Positions 11,094-22,008 of a DNA stretch of 32,000 bases are shown in pieces. Each line of letters opens with the position of its first letter. Position 1 is the stretch's first letter. The notes below the pieces were generated by a model. That model did no database searches. It was given only the letters and a program-made list of their open reading frames with translations, and had not been told where the DNA came from. Source of the stretch: Candidatus Moranella endobia PCIT (GTDB lineage: Bacteria; Pseudomonadota; Gammaproteobacteria; Enterobacterales; Enterobacteriaceae); NCBI RefSeq assembly GCF_000219175.1, contig NC_015735.1:506295-538294 (forward strand). The letters are read 5' to 3'. The position numbers and the translations under genes were made by a program.

Positions 11094-13376
11094 TCAAAGT
11101 TTGCAGGCGCCGTTTTCGCAATTTTCCTGTTGCGTCGACTGCATATCTTCCTGAGCGTCTTCTGCTCCGTCGCGAGTATTATGGTAATACAGAGTTTTCA
11201 CTCCAAATTTATACGCAGTTAGCAAATCTTGCAATAATTGCTTCATTGGTACTTTACCGGCAGGGAAACGGGACGGATCGTAATTAGTATTGGCAGAAAT
11301 GGCCTGATCGACGAATTTCTGCATCACACCCACCAAGTGCAGGTAACCTTCGTTGCTAGACATTTCCCAAAGCAACTCATATGCTTCCTGCAAACGTATT
11401 GACTCAGGTACTACTTGGCGCAGAATGCCGTCTTTTGATGCTTTAATACTAACCAGTCCGCGCGGTGGCTCGATGCCATTTGTGGCGTTAGAAATCTGCG
11501 ATGATGTTTCAGACGGCATCAGCGCAGACAGGGTTGAGTTGCGTAAGCCGTGCTGCTTAATATTCTCGCGCAGTGCTTCCCAGTCATAATACAGTGGTTC
11601 GCTAACGATACTGTCGAGATCCTTTTTGTATGTATCGACGGGCAAAATACCTTGCGCATAGGTGGTCTCGTTGAACAATGGGCAAGCACCGCGCTCACGA
11701 GCAAGATCGTTGGAAGCCTTCAACAGATAGTACTGCATGGCTTCAAACGTGCGGTGAGTCAGATTATTAGCGCTACCGTCAGAGTAGCGTACGCCATTCT
11801 TGGCTAAATAATAGGCGAAGTTAATTACGCCCACGCCTAGAGTACGTCGTCCAAGAGCGCTACGCTTGGCGGCTGGTACCAAGTATTTCTGGTAGTCTAG
11901 CAGCGCATCTAGAGCACGCACTGCAAGCGTCGCTAGATCATGTAGATCATTAAGACTATCGATTGCACCTAGGTTGAAGGCAGATAGGGTACACAGGGCA
12001 ATTTCTCCGCTGTCATCGTTAACGTCTGCTAGCGGTTTGGTTGGCAAGGCGATTTCCAGACAAAGGTTTGATTGGCGTATTGGCGCCACCACTGCGTCGA
12101 ACGGACTGTGGGTATTACAATGATCCACGTTCTGTACATAAATGCGACCGGTGGAAGCACGCTCTTGCATTATCAGTGAAAAAAGTTCTACCGCCTTTAC
12201 ACGGCGGTGCCTGATGCTAATGTCCTGTTCATACAATGTATACAATCGCTCAAATTCATCCTGATCAGCGAAGAATGCTTCATACAGTCCTGGTACGTCT
12301 GATGGGCTAAATAATGTGATGTCCTCACCATTTACTAGGCGCTGGTACATAAGTTTGTGCAGTTGCACGCAATAATCCATATGGCGTACCCGGTTAGCTT
12401 CAATACCGCGGTTATTTTTTAGCACTAACAGGCTTTCAATTTCTAGATGCCATATGGGGTAGAACGAAGTGGCAGCTCCTCCGCGCACGCCGCCCTGAGA
12501 GCAGGATTTAACAGCGGTCTGAAAATGTTGATAGAAAGGAATACAGCCGGTATGGAAGGCCTCTCCGCCGCGTATTGGGCTACCAAGCGCGCGGATACGG
12601 CCGGTATTAATGCCAATCCCGGCGCGCTGCGAAACGTATTTGACAATCGCGCTTGCGGTCGCGTTAATAGAGTCAAGGCTATCGCCGCATTCGATTAGCA
12701 CGCAAGAACTGAACTGACGGGTTGGAGTACGTACGCCTGACATAATCGGAGTTGGCAGTGAGATTTTAAAGGTCGAAATGGCGTCATAGAACCTTTTGAC
12801 GTAGTCCAAGCGTGTCGTGCGCGGATAGCTGGAAAATAGGCAGGCTGCCACTAGCACATAAAGAAACTGGGCGCTCTCATAAATTTCGCCGGTAACCCGA
12901 TTTTGCGCCAGATATTTTCCTTCTAGCTGTTTAACTGCAGCATAGGAGAAGGTCATATCGCGCCAGTGATCGATAAATCCTTCCATCTGATCGAATTCGC
13001 AGGTGCTGTAGTCCATTAGCAAATGTTTATCGTATTTATTCATCGCGACCAGTCGCGATACATGATCATATAGTTTCGGCGGCTCAAACCGGCCGTAGGC
13101 TTTTTTTCGCAAATGGAATACAGCCAGCCTTGCTGCTAGATACTGGTAGTCTGGCGCCTGTTGCGAAATCATATCAGCAGCGGCTTTGATGATGGTGTCA
13201 TGGATATCGGCGGTTTTTATACCGTCGTATAACTGGATATGGGAACGCAACATCACCTGGGAAACAGAGATGTTTTCCAGGCCTTCGGCCGCCAAGTCTA
13301 TGACCCGGTGAATTTTATTTAGGTTAATGGTTTCCTGACTTCCGTCGCGCTTTGTGACTAGCATACTCTGGTTCAT
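11094..13376 (-). CDS. nrdA: Class Ia ribonucleoside-diphosphate reductase alpha subunit
   Basis: MNQSMLVTKRDGSQETINLNKIHRV..., NLCLEIALPTKP, ALMPSETSSQISNATNGIEPPR, and C-terminus ENCENGACKL. Confidence 0.98.
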   Translation of the reverse strand: MNQSMLVTKRDGSQETINLNKIHRVIDLAAEGLENISVSQVMLRSHIQLYDGIKTADIHDTIIKAAADMISQQAPDYQYLAARLAVFHLRKKAYGRFEPPKLYDHVSRLVAMNKYDKHLLMDYSTCEFDQMEGFIDHWRDMTFSYAAVKQLEGKYLAQNRVTGEIYESAQFLYVLVAACLFSSYPRTTRLDYVKRFYDAISTFKISLPTPIMSGVRTPTRQFSSCVLIECGDSLDSINATASAIVKYVSQRAGIGINTGRIRALGSPIRGGEAFHTGCIPFYQHFQTAVKSCSQGGVRGGAATSFYPIWHLEIESLLVLKNNRGIEANRVRHMDYCVQLHKLMYQRLVNGEDITLFSPSDVPGLYEAFFADQDEFERLYTLYEQDISIRHRRVKAVELFSLIMQERASTGRIYVQNVDHCNTHSPFDAVVAPIRQSNLCLEIALPTKPLADVNDDSGEIALCTLSAFNLGAIDSLNDLHDLATLAVRALDALLDYQKYLVPAAKRSALGRRTLGVGVINFAYYLAKNGVRYSDGSANNLTHRTFEAMQYYLLKASNDLARERGACPLFNETTYAQGILPVDTYKKDLDSIVSEPLYYDWEALRENIKQHGLRNSTLSALMPSETSSQISNATNGIEPPRGLVSIKASKDGILRQVVPESIRLQEAYELLWEMSSNEGYLHLVGVMQKFVDQAISANTNYDPSRFPAGKVPMKQLLQDLLTAYKFGVKTLYYHNTRDGAEDAQEDMQSTQQENCENGACKL

Positions 13377-13864
13377 GCAGCTTTATACCTGTCTCGGTGA
13401 TCCGCAAACGCCCTGCTGGCATGCAGGCAATAGCGACTGGCAAGAGGCAAATCACTATAAAACATATTCGTTAACTTGGTTAATATGTTTTATAGTGATA
13501 AAGCCAATGCAATGCAAGTGAGTAACGGGCCAAGTTTGGTAGTTTTGTATAAACGTTTAGCAATCAATCTACTCAGCCACTCGCTAGTTAATCCACCAAA
13601 CCCATATAGCCAAACCTGATAGTTTCTTTAGCGTGATAGTGTGCAGTGTAAAACCATACCTTTTAGTCCAATTTAACTACGCAAATGTTGACGATAGCCA
13701 TTAATTAAACGAGATCGTGCGAGGAAGAATACAATCAAGCACCATAATAATCCGATTGAATTGATGTAGTGTAGTGCTGTTGTCCTTGAATGTTCCTCAC
13801 AAGTGATGGAGTATCGTGTGTTAGCTGAGTGTGAGAACCGGCAGCATGAGCTGATTAGCACATG

Positions 13865-13901
13865 ATTACTGTATTACTACTACATTACTGTATTACTACT
13901 A
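13865..13901. repeat. Two tandem copies of a 19-bp unit (second copy 18 nt), ATTACTGTATTACTACTAC
   Basis: Direct reading: ATTACTGTATTACTACTAC followed by ATTACTGTATTACTACTA in the nrdA-gyrA intergenic region. Confidence 0.8.
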
Positions 13902-14018
13902 TGTGCCTTGAAACAGTAAATTTTTATAGGTGAGAAAGTAGGTGAGAAAGATGGTATACTGTAACAGCTTTAAATCCGGGTGGGTATAAGCTGCATTAAG
14001 CAGAAGGATAGCGGTTCT

Positions 14019-16673
14019 ATGAGCAACCTTGCTAAAGAAATTACACCAGTAAATATCGAAGAAGAGCTTAAACGTTCTTATCTTGATTACGCCATGTCAG
14101 TAATTGTTGGACGGGCGTTGCCGAATGTACGGGACGGACTTAAACCCGTACACCGTCGCGTGTTGTTTGCAATGAATGTTCTCGGTAATGACTGGAATAA
14201 ATCCTATAAAAAATCTGCCCGTGTAGTGGGCGACGTAATCGGCAAATATCACCCTCACGGGGATATGGCTGTCTACGATACTATTGTGCGGATGGCACAG
14301 CCATTCTCACTTCGTTACCCGTTAGTGGATGGTCAGGGTAATTTCGGTTCCGTTGATGGTGACTCAGCTGCTGCAATGCGTTATACCGAAGTCCGCATGT
14401 CAAAAATTGCACACGAATTGCTGGTAGATCTGGACAAAGATACCGTCGATTATGTGCCGAACTATGATGGTACCGAGCAAATACCCGATGTCCTGCCGAC
14501 TAGGATACCAAATCTGCTGGTGAACGGTTCTACCGGCATCGCGGTAGGAATGGCAACTAGCATTCCGCCACATAATCTTTCGGAGGTCATAGATGGCTGT
14601 CTGGCCTATATTGCTGATGAGAACATCAGCGTCGAAGGTCTTATGTCACATATTACGGGGCCAGACTTCCCAACAGCAGCTAGCATCAATGGCCGGCGCG
14701 GCATAGAAGATGCTTACCGCACCGGTAGAGGCAAAATATACATCCGCGCGCGCGCTGAAGTAGCCACAGAAACCAAGACCGGACGCGAAATTATCATTGT
14801 GTATGAAATCCCTTATCAGGTTAATAAAGCTAACTTGATTGAAAAAATATCAGAGCTAATAAAAGAAAAACGCGTTGAGGGCATCAGTGGTCTGCGTGAT
14901 GAATCCGACCAAGACGGTATGCGCATCGTCATTGAAATTAAACGCGACACAGTAGGTGAAGTGGTACTTAACAAGTTGTACTCTATGACACCGCTACAAG
15001 TTTCTTTTGGTATCAATATGGTGGCGCTGCATCATGGTAAGCCGAAGATACTTTCGCTGAAGGACATTTTATCAGCATTTGTACGTCACCGCCGCGAAGT
15101 TGTAACCCGCCGGACCATTTTTGAGTTACGCAAAGCCCGAGAGCGCGCACATATACTAGAAGCTATAGCAGTGGCGCTGGTTAATCTTGACTCAATGATC
15201 GATCTGATTCGCCAAGCGACGACGCCAGCAGCCGCTAAGACCAACCTGGTAGCGCGTTCATGGGAGTTATTCACTGTTGCCGATATGCTGAAGTCCACCG
15301 TCGATACCGCTCGTCCCGAATGGCTGGAGCCAAAGTACGGAATTTACAATGGGCAATATTACCTGACCGAGCAGCAGGCCCAAGCAATTTTGGATCTGCG
15401 CCTGCAAAAACTAACGGGTCTGGAATACGCAAAACTGCTTGATGAATACAATTTGCTGTTGACAAAAATAGCTGAACTAATCCTTATTCTGCAACATTCA
15501 GACCGCTTAATGGAGGTGATTAGTAAAGAACTGATCGCTCTCAAAGAGCAGTATAACGATACGAGACGCACAAAAATCATTGCCAATAACTCGGATATCA
15601 AGATCGAAGATCTGATCAGCCAAGAAGATATGGTGGTTACCTTGTCCCATCATGGCTATGTTAAATCTCAGCCTATTACGGAATATAAAGCACAGCGACG
15701 CGGCGGCAAAGGCAAGTCAGCTGCTAGTATCAAGAAAGGTGACTTCATTGACCGTTTGCTGATAGCAAACACTCACGAAACGATATTGTTATTCTCTAAC
15801 CGTGGAAGAATGTACTGGCTGAAAGTATACCAGCTGCCGGAAGCGAGACGCAGTGCGCGCGGTCGGCCAATAGTTAATCTGTTGCCGCTGGAGTCAAATG
15901 AACGTATCACCGCTATTTTACCAGTGCGTGAATATCAATACGGATACCATATTTTCATGGCGACCGCCAACGGCACCGTAAAAAAAACGTCTGTCATTAA
16001 TTTTCGTCGCCAGCGGAGCACTGGGATTACCGCCATCAATCTTAACCATGGTGATGAGCTGATAGGAGTTGACTTGACCAATGGCAATGACGACGTCATG
16101 CTGTTTTCCACCCATGGTAAGGTGGTGCGTTTCCCGGAAACACAGGTACGCAGTATGGGACGGACCGCGACAGGTGTCTTGGGTATTAATCTTGCTGAAG
16201 ACGACCGGGTGGTGTCACTGATTGTGCCACGCAGCAGCAAGGGTACTATCTTGACGGTAACACAGCACGGCTATGGTAAGCGCACCGTCCCGGCGGAGTA
16301 TCCTACCAAGTCACGCGCTACCCAGGGAGTTATATCCATCAAGGTGAGCAAACGCAACGGTGAAGTAGTGGGAGCGGTGCAGGTAGAGGACTATGACCAG
16401 ATCATGATGATCACCAACACCGGTAATTTAGTGCGAATGCGGGTTTCCGAAGTAAAAATTGTCGGTCGTAACACCAATGGAGTGACGCTGATACGCACTG
16501 CTCAGAATGAAAACGTGGTTGGACTGCAGCGCATCGCCGATATCCTGGAAGATACGGCGCTAGATTCGGTTGTAAGCAGCCAGAATGCGTTGCTGGATTA
16601 CGAACTTACGGAAGCAGCTTATAATTCTACCATGGCTGAAGGCTTATGCGGTGACTATGATGTCGAAGGTTGA
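14019..16673 (+). CDS. gyrA: DNA gyrase subunit A
   Basis: [82 protein letters not shown]..., and GyrA box QRRGGKGKS. The start at 14019 is preferred over 13980. Confidence 0.97.
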   Translation: MSNLAKEITPVNIEEELKRSYLDYAMSVIVGRALPNVRDGLKPVHRRVLFAMNVLGNDWNKSYKKSARVVGDVIGKYHPHGDMAVYDTIVRMAQPFSLRYPLVDGQGNFGSVDGDSAAAMRYTEVRMSKIAHELLVDLDKDTVDYVPNYDGTEQIPDVLPTRIPNLLVNGSTGIAVGMATSIPPHNLSEVIDGCLAYIADENISVEGLMSHITGPDFPTAASINGRRGIEDAYRTGRGKIYIRARAEVATETKTGREIIIVYEIPYQVNKANLIEKISELIKEKRVEGISGLRDESDQDGMRIVIEIKRDTVGEVVLNKLYSMTPLQVSFGINMVALHHGKPKILSLKDILSAFVRHRREVVTRRTIFELRKARERAHILEAIAVALVNLDSMIDLIRQATTPAAAKTNLVARSWELFTVADMLKSTVDTARPEWLEPKYGIYNGQYYLTEQQAQAILDLRLQKLTGLEYAKLLDEYNLLLTKIAELILILQHSDRLMEVISKELIALKEQYNDTRRTKIIANNSDIKIEDLISQEDMVVTLSHHGYVKSQPITEYKAQRRGGKGKSAASIKKGDFIDRLLIANTHETILLFSNRGRMYWLKVYQLPEARRSARGRPIVNLLPLESNERITAILPVREYQYGYHIFMATANGTVKKTSVINFRRQRSTGITAINLNHGDELIGVDLTNGNDDVMLFSTHGKVVRFPETQVRSMGRTATGVLGINLAEDDRVVSLIVPRSSKGTILTVTQHGYGKRTVPAEYPTKSRATQGVISIKVSKRNGEVVGAVQVEDYDQIMMITNTGNLVRMRVSEVKIVGRNTNGVTLIRTAQNENVVGLQRIADILEDTALDSVVSSQNALLDYELTEAAYNSTMAEGLCGDYDVEG

Positions 16674-16845
16674 TGTCGCAGGTTTATGCTGATAGCACAG
16701 CGGCTGGCAACGAGCCGGCTAGTAATAAAAACCAGATTAATTAAGTCGATGATTGTTAATCCTTAAATAAAGTCAAACGTTAAACAACCTCAGAATACTA
16801 TTATGCTGACCGTTAGCGAAAAATTTTCGCCACGCGGCCGTGTGA

Positions 16846-17808
<963 letters not shown>

Positions 17809-17851
17809 AACTGCTTTCTATGACGTTGTAACGCAGTGGTGCGTGAGGTAA

Positions 17852-19618
17852 ATGAATCAGAATAGACACCAAATCATAGTATGCTGGCTAAGATCGCAAA
17901 GCAAGCTGGTAAAATGGTGGCTACATCTTTCTGTGCTGCTCGGCATGTTAAGCTCGTTAACTATTGTTGCCCAAGCCTGGGTACTAGCCGCTTTACTACA
18001 AGCGGTAATCATAGCTAATCCTACCAGCGGAAGAAGCCTGACCGGCAACTTGATCGTTCTAATGTTGTTATTCACATTGCGCGCTGTGATCAATTACAGC
18101 CGTGATCAAGTTGGCTTTATTGCAGGTAGTTTGCTGCGCCGCCAAATCCGTGCACAGGTACTGAACCGCCTTGAGCGTATGGGGCCAATCTTGATCCGTA
18201 GTAAGCCCGCCGGCAGCTGGAGCAGCATGCTTATTGAGCAGATAGAAAATCTGCATGACTTTTACGCCCGTTATGTGCCACAAATGTGGCTTGCAGTTCT
18301 GGTTCCGCTAATAATTCTTGTCGTGGTATTTCCCACTAATTGGGCCGCGGGTCTTATTCTGTTTTTGACTGCACCGTTGATTCCGCTATTTATGGTGTTG
18401 GTCGGCGTTGGCGCCGCGGATGCCAACCGGCGTAATTTTCAGGTGTTGGCTCGCTTATCGGGTCATTTTCTAGACCGGCTCCGTGGGCTGGAAACCTTAC
18501 GGCTGTTTTTTCGCGCCGAGGCTGAAACTGAGGATATTGGCCGTACCACCCAGGCATTCCGGCAGCGCACTATGGAAGTATTACGTTTGGCGTTTCTTTC
18601 ATCTGGGGTATTAGAATTCTTCACTTCGATCTCGATCGCGGTTACCGCGGTTTATTTTGGTTTTTCCTATTTGGGTGCACTGAATTTCGGTAGCTACGGC
18701 ACTGGCGTAACGCTATTCGCTGGCTTTCTGGTACTGATCCTAGCGCCGGAATTTTTTCAGCCGTTGCGTGATCTTGGCACCTTTTATCATGCTAAAGCCC
18801 AGGCGGTGGGCGCCGCTGAATCGTTAGTATCATTTTTGGAGCAAAACGCAGATAGTCAGGGTGCCGGCTATGAAAAGCCGGCTACGGAACCGATAAGTTT
18901 GCTAGCTAATAATTTGTTGGTACTAGCCAATGATGGGAGTAAATTAGCCGGACCGCTGAATTTTACTGTCGCTGCTGGCCAACGAGTCGCCATTGTTGGC
19001 GCCAGCGGTGCTGGCAAAAGCTCACTACTCGGTGTTATGCTAGGATTTTTGCCCTATCGAGGCTCGCTGCAAATCAACGGCAAAGAATTAAGATCGTTAT
19101 CTCTACACAAGTGGCGTGAACGGTTAAGCTGGATCAGTCAAAATCCGTCACTACCGGCATCGACCCTACGCGATAATGTGCTGCTTGGTTACCCGGGAGC
19201 AAATGATTGGCAATTGACACAGGCACTGAATGATGCATACGTCTCGGAATTTATTGACAAACTACCAGATGGTATAAATAGCAAAATTGGAGAAGACGCC
19301 AGTCGCTTATCCGTGGGCCAGGCGCAGCGTGTCGCCTTGGCGCGCGCACTGATCCGTACCCCGGGACTGCTGTTGCTGGATGAACCAACTGCCAACCTTG
19401 ACGTAAAAAGCGAACAACTAGTCATGTGCGCGCTGAAAAGCGCCACAATTCGTCAGACAACGCTGTTGGTAACACATCAGCCGCAGACCATCGCGGATTT
19501 TGACGTTGTATGGGTGATGTCCGGTGGAATAATAGCGCAACAAGGAAGCTATGTCGACCTGGTCGCGAGCGATGGGCCGTTAGCTAATTTGATTCCTTCT
19601 TGTACACAGGAGCTTTAA
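17852..19618 (+). CDS. cydD: Heterodimeric ABC exporter subunit CydD (cytochrome bd assembly, glutathione/cysteine export)
   Basis: N-terminal transmembrane domain, Walker A GASGAGKSS, signature LSVGQAQRVALARAL, Walker B LLLLDEPTANLD; located directly between trxB and cydC. Confidence 0.95.
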   Translation: MNQNRHQIIVCWLRSQSKLVKWWLHLSVLLGMLSSLTIVAQAWVLAALLQAVIIANPTSGRSLTGNLIVLMLLFTLRAVINYSRDQVGFIAGSLLRRQIRAQVLNRLERMGPILIRSKPAGSWSSMLIEQIENLHDFYARYVPQMWLAVLVPLIILVVVFPTNWAAGLILFLTAPLIPLFMVLVGVGAADANRRNFQVLARLSGHFLDRLRGLETLRLFFRAEAETEDIGRTTQAFRQRTMEVLRLAFLSSGVLEFFTSISIAVTAVYFGFSYLGALNFGSYGTGVTLFAGFLVLILAPEFFQPLRDLGTFYHAKAQAVGAAESLVSFLEQNADSQGAGYEKPATEPISLLANNLLVLANDGSKLAGPLNFTVAAGQRVAIVGASGAGKSSLLGVMLGFLPYRGSLQINGKELRSLSLHKWRERLSWISQNPSLPASTLRDNVLLGYPGANDWQLTQALNDAYVSEFIDKLPDGINSKIGEDASRLSVGQAQRVALARALIRTPGLLLLDEPTANLDVKSEQLVMCALKSATIRQTTLLVTHQPQTIADFDVVWVMSGGIIAQQGSYVDLVASDGPLANLIPSCTQEL

Positions 19619-19620
19619 CC

Positions 19621-21342
19621 ATGCGAGCCTTAATGCCCTATCTGAAACTATACCGCTGCTACGGTGGCCAGCTTGTTCTTGGTATTATGCTCACTATAGT
19701 AACGTTACTAGCCAGCATCAGTCTCCTAACACTATCGGGTTGGTTTATTACCAGCGCTGCTACGGTTGGTACCGCTGCTGGACTGTATAGTTTTAATTAC
19801 ATGTTGCCAGCCGCCGGCGTGCGCAGCGCGGCAATTACCCGCACTGCCGGACGCTGGGCAGAGCGGGTGGTCAGCCACGATGCTACCTTCCGCATACTGC
19901 AGCATTTACGTCTTTATATCTTCCGCAGTATCATGCCCTTGTCTCCTGGCTCTATTGCCCGTTTCCGCCAGGCGGAACTGCTCAATAGCTTGGTAGTAGA
20001 TGTTGATATGCTAGATCATCTTTATTTGCGGGTTATCGCTCCGCTGGCGGGGGCGGTTGTGGTGACTTTTACAGTGACAACCGGGATCTGTCTGCTTGAC
20101 CTACGATCTGGCTTGACGCTAGGCGCGGTGCTGTTGGCGATTATATCGCTTTTCCCGCTACTATTTTATCTCATAGGCAAACCAACAGGGGCGGCTTTGA
20201 CCGCCTTACGCGCCGATTACCGTTTGCTACTCAATACCTGGCTTTCCAGCAATGCCGAACTAACGCTATACGGCGCCGCCGAACATTATCGATATCAGTT
20301 AGATGCAATTGAGCAACTATGGCAAGAGCATCAGCGCCGACATAGTAGCTTAGTCGCCAGCGCCCAAAGTATGTTACTGCTACTTGCCGGCCTAACTTTG
20401 ACACTAGTGCTATGGTTAGCAAATGAGCTTCAACGAAGCTTCATTGCCCTGTTCGTTTTCGCAACGCTCACGGCTTTTGAGGCACTGGGTCCAGTGGTCA
20501 GCGCTTTTCAATATCTTGGACAGGTTATCGCTGCTGCCAAAAACCTAAACCTCGTTCTACACCAATCACCAGAAGTATTGTTCCCTACTGCCGGCCCTGC
20601 ACCCGCGGCGCACGTTGCTCTGAGTGTTATGCGGGTGCGGTTTCAATATCCCGAGCAGGTGGTCCCCGCCATCAATAACCTATCGCTGACGGTTGCCGTC
20701 GGTGAGCAGATTGCAATACTCGGCCATACTGGTAGTGGCAAATCAACATTGTTGCAATTATTGACTCGTGCCTGGGATCCTCAGGCTGGAGAAATTACTA
20801 TCAATGGCGTTCTGCTTCATAAATGGAGCGAACGCGCGCTCCGCGAGATGACCGCCGTGGTGCCGCAGCGGGTGCATATTTTCAGTGCAACACTACGCGC
20901 TAATCTTCGACTAGCAGCACAGGATGCTGATGCTAATGCTAACGATGAACAACTGTGCGCAGTGATGCAACAGTTAGGCCTGGATACGCTACTGATGGGC
21001 GACGGATTAAACACCTGGCTAGGAGAGGGCGGAAGAGCACTGTCCGGTGGTGAACAACGCCGCATTGGTATTGCTCGTGCGTTGTTACATTCCGCACCGT
21101 TGTTACTACTCGACGAAACTAATGAGGGGCTAGATTTGTTCACAGCACAGCAAATCAGGCATTTGTTAACAACACGTGGCAAAGAGAGAACAGTGATTAT
21201 CGTCACTCACCACTTGCTGGGATTAGAACATTTCGATCGTATTTATATTATAGATCGCGGTACTGTAATTGAACAGGGTAGCCATCAGTCGTTGATGGAG
21301 CAGCGTGGACGATATTATCAATATCATCAGATAGTACACTAA
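19621..21342 (+). CDS. cydC: Heterodimeric ABC exporter subunit CydC
   Basis: MRALMPYLKLYRCYGGQLVLGIMLTIVTLLASISLLTLSGWFITSAA, Walker A GHTGSGKST, LSGGEQRRIGIARALL. The start at 19621 is preferred over 19600. Confidence 0.95.
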   Translation: MRALMPYLKLYRCYGGQLVLGIMLTIVTLLASISLLTLSGWFITSAATVGTAAGLYSFNYMLPAAGVRSAAITRTAGRWAERVVSHDATFRILQHLRLYIFRSIMPLSPGSIARFRQAELLNSLVVDVDMLDHLYLRVIAPLAGAVVVTFTVTTGICLLDLRSGLTLGAVLLAIISLFPLLFYLIGKPTGAALTALRADYRLLLNTWLSSNAELTLYGAAEHYRYQLDAIEQLWQEHQRRHSSLVASAQSMLLLLAGLTLTLVLWLANELQRSFIALFVFATLTAFEALGPVVSAFQYLGQVIAAAKNLNLVLHQSPEVLFPTAGPAPAAHVALSVMRVRFQYPEQVVPAINNLSLTVAVGEQIAILGHTGSGKSTLLQLLTRAWDPQAGEITINGVLLHKWSERALREMTAVVPQRVHIFSATLRANLRLAAQDADANANDEQLCAVMQQLGLDTLLMGDGLNTWLGEGGRALSGGEQRRIGIARALLHSAPLLLLDETNEGLDLFTAQQIRHLLTTRGKERTVIIVTHHLLGLEHFDRIYIIDRGTVIEQGSHQSLMEQRGRYYQYHQIVH

Positions 21343-21545
21343 CTACTAGACCAGTTATTCTGCTTACCATAGCATCACTACTATGTTAGTATCTAAGTTC
21401 AGCTTTGTTCAGCATCCTTCTTACTTCTGTAATTTGGAATAAGTAGTCGTAGTAAATGAGATAATATGATTCGACCGTATGAGATTATCTTGCCAGTCAA
21501 AACAATAGCAATTATAATTTAGATGATTAAGATTAAGAGGATTAA

Positions 21546-21764
<219 letters not shown>

Positions 21765-21769
21765 GTTAA

Positions 21770-21906
21770 TGGCCCACCGGCCCGCGAGAGCGATAATAAC
21801 GACCGCTAGTGCTCTCAAGCATAAGCAGCGGTAACAATAGTTACCAACTATGGTAACGATCAACAGAACAGTGACAACGATTAACCACGTCACCACTTCC
21901 CGCCCC
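21770..21906 (-). pseudogene. secE fragment relic (internal N-terminal part)
   Basis: Aligns by eye to secE 211-356 with 4 substitutions and one 9-nt gap (TGATAATCG present in secE, absent here). Confidence 0.92.
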
Positions 21907-21908
21907 AT

Positions 21909-22008
21909 CGGGCTTTTTCTTCTGGCGCGTTGTCGATCTGATCAAAGGCACACGCGTTTCCGCCTTAAGCCTTGGCCAGAACGGTGGTCTTGTCCCTCTA
22001 AGACACAA
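21909..22008 (-). pseudogene. tuf 5'-end relic (probable former tufA or converted tuf copy)
   Basis: 21909-21988 matches tufB 1504-1583 with one substitution, TAC to TAA in the GCT TAC codon context. 21989-22008 is identical to 1682-1701 (tuf leader). The start codon and following 98-nt segment (1584-1681) are deleted. Confidence 0.93.

Noticed and set aside
13865-13901. Possible CRISPR-like direct repeat
   Set aside because: Only two immediately adjacent 19-bp copies with no spacers and no cas genes; a simple tandem duplication.
17852-21342. Possible multidrug or bacteriocin ABC exporter pair
   Set aside because: Position between trxB and infA and the sequences themselves identify the housekeeping CydDC exporter.
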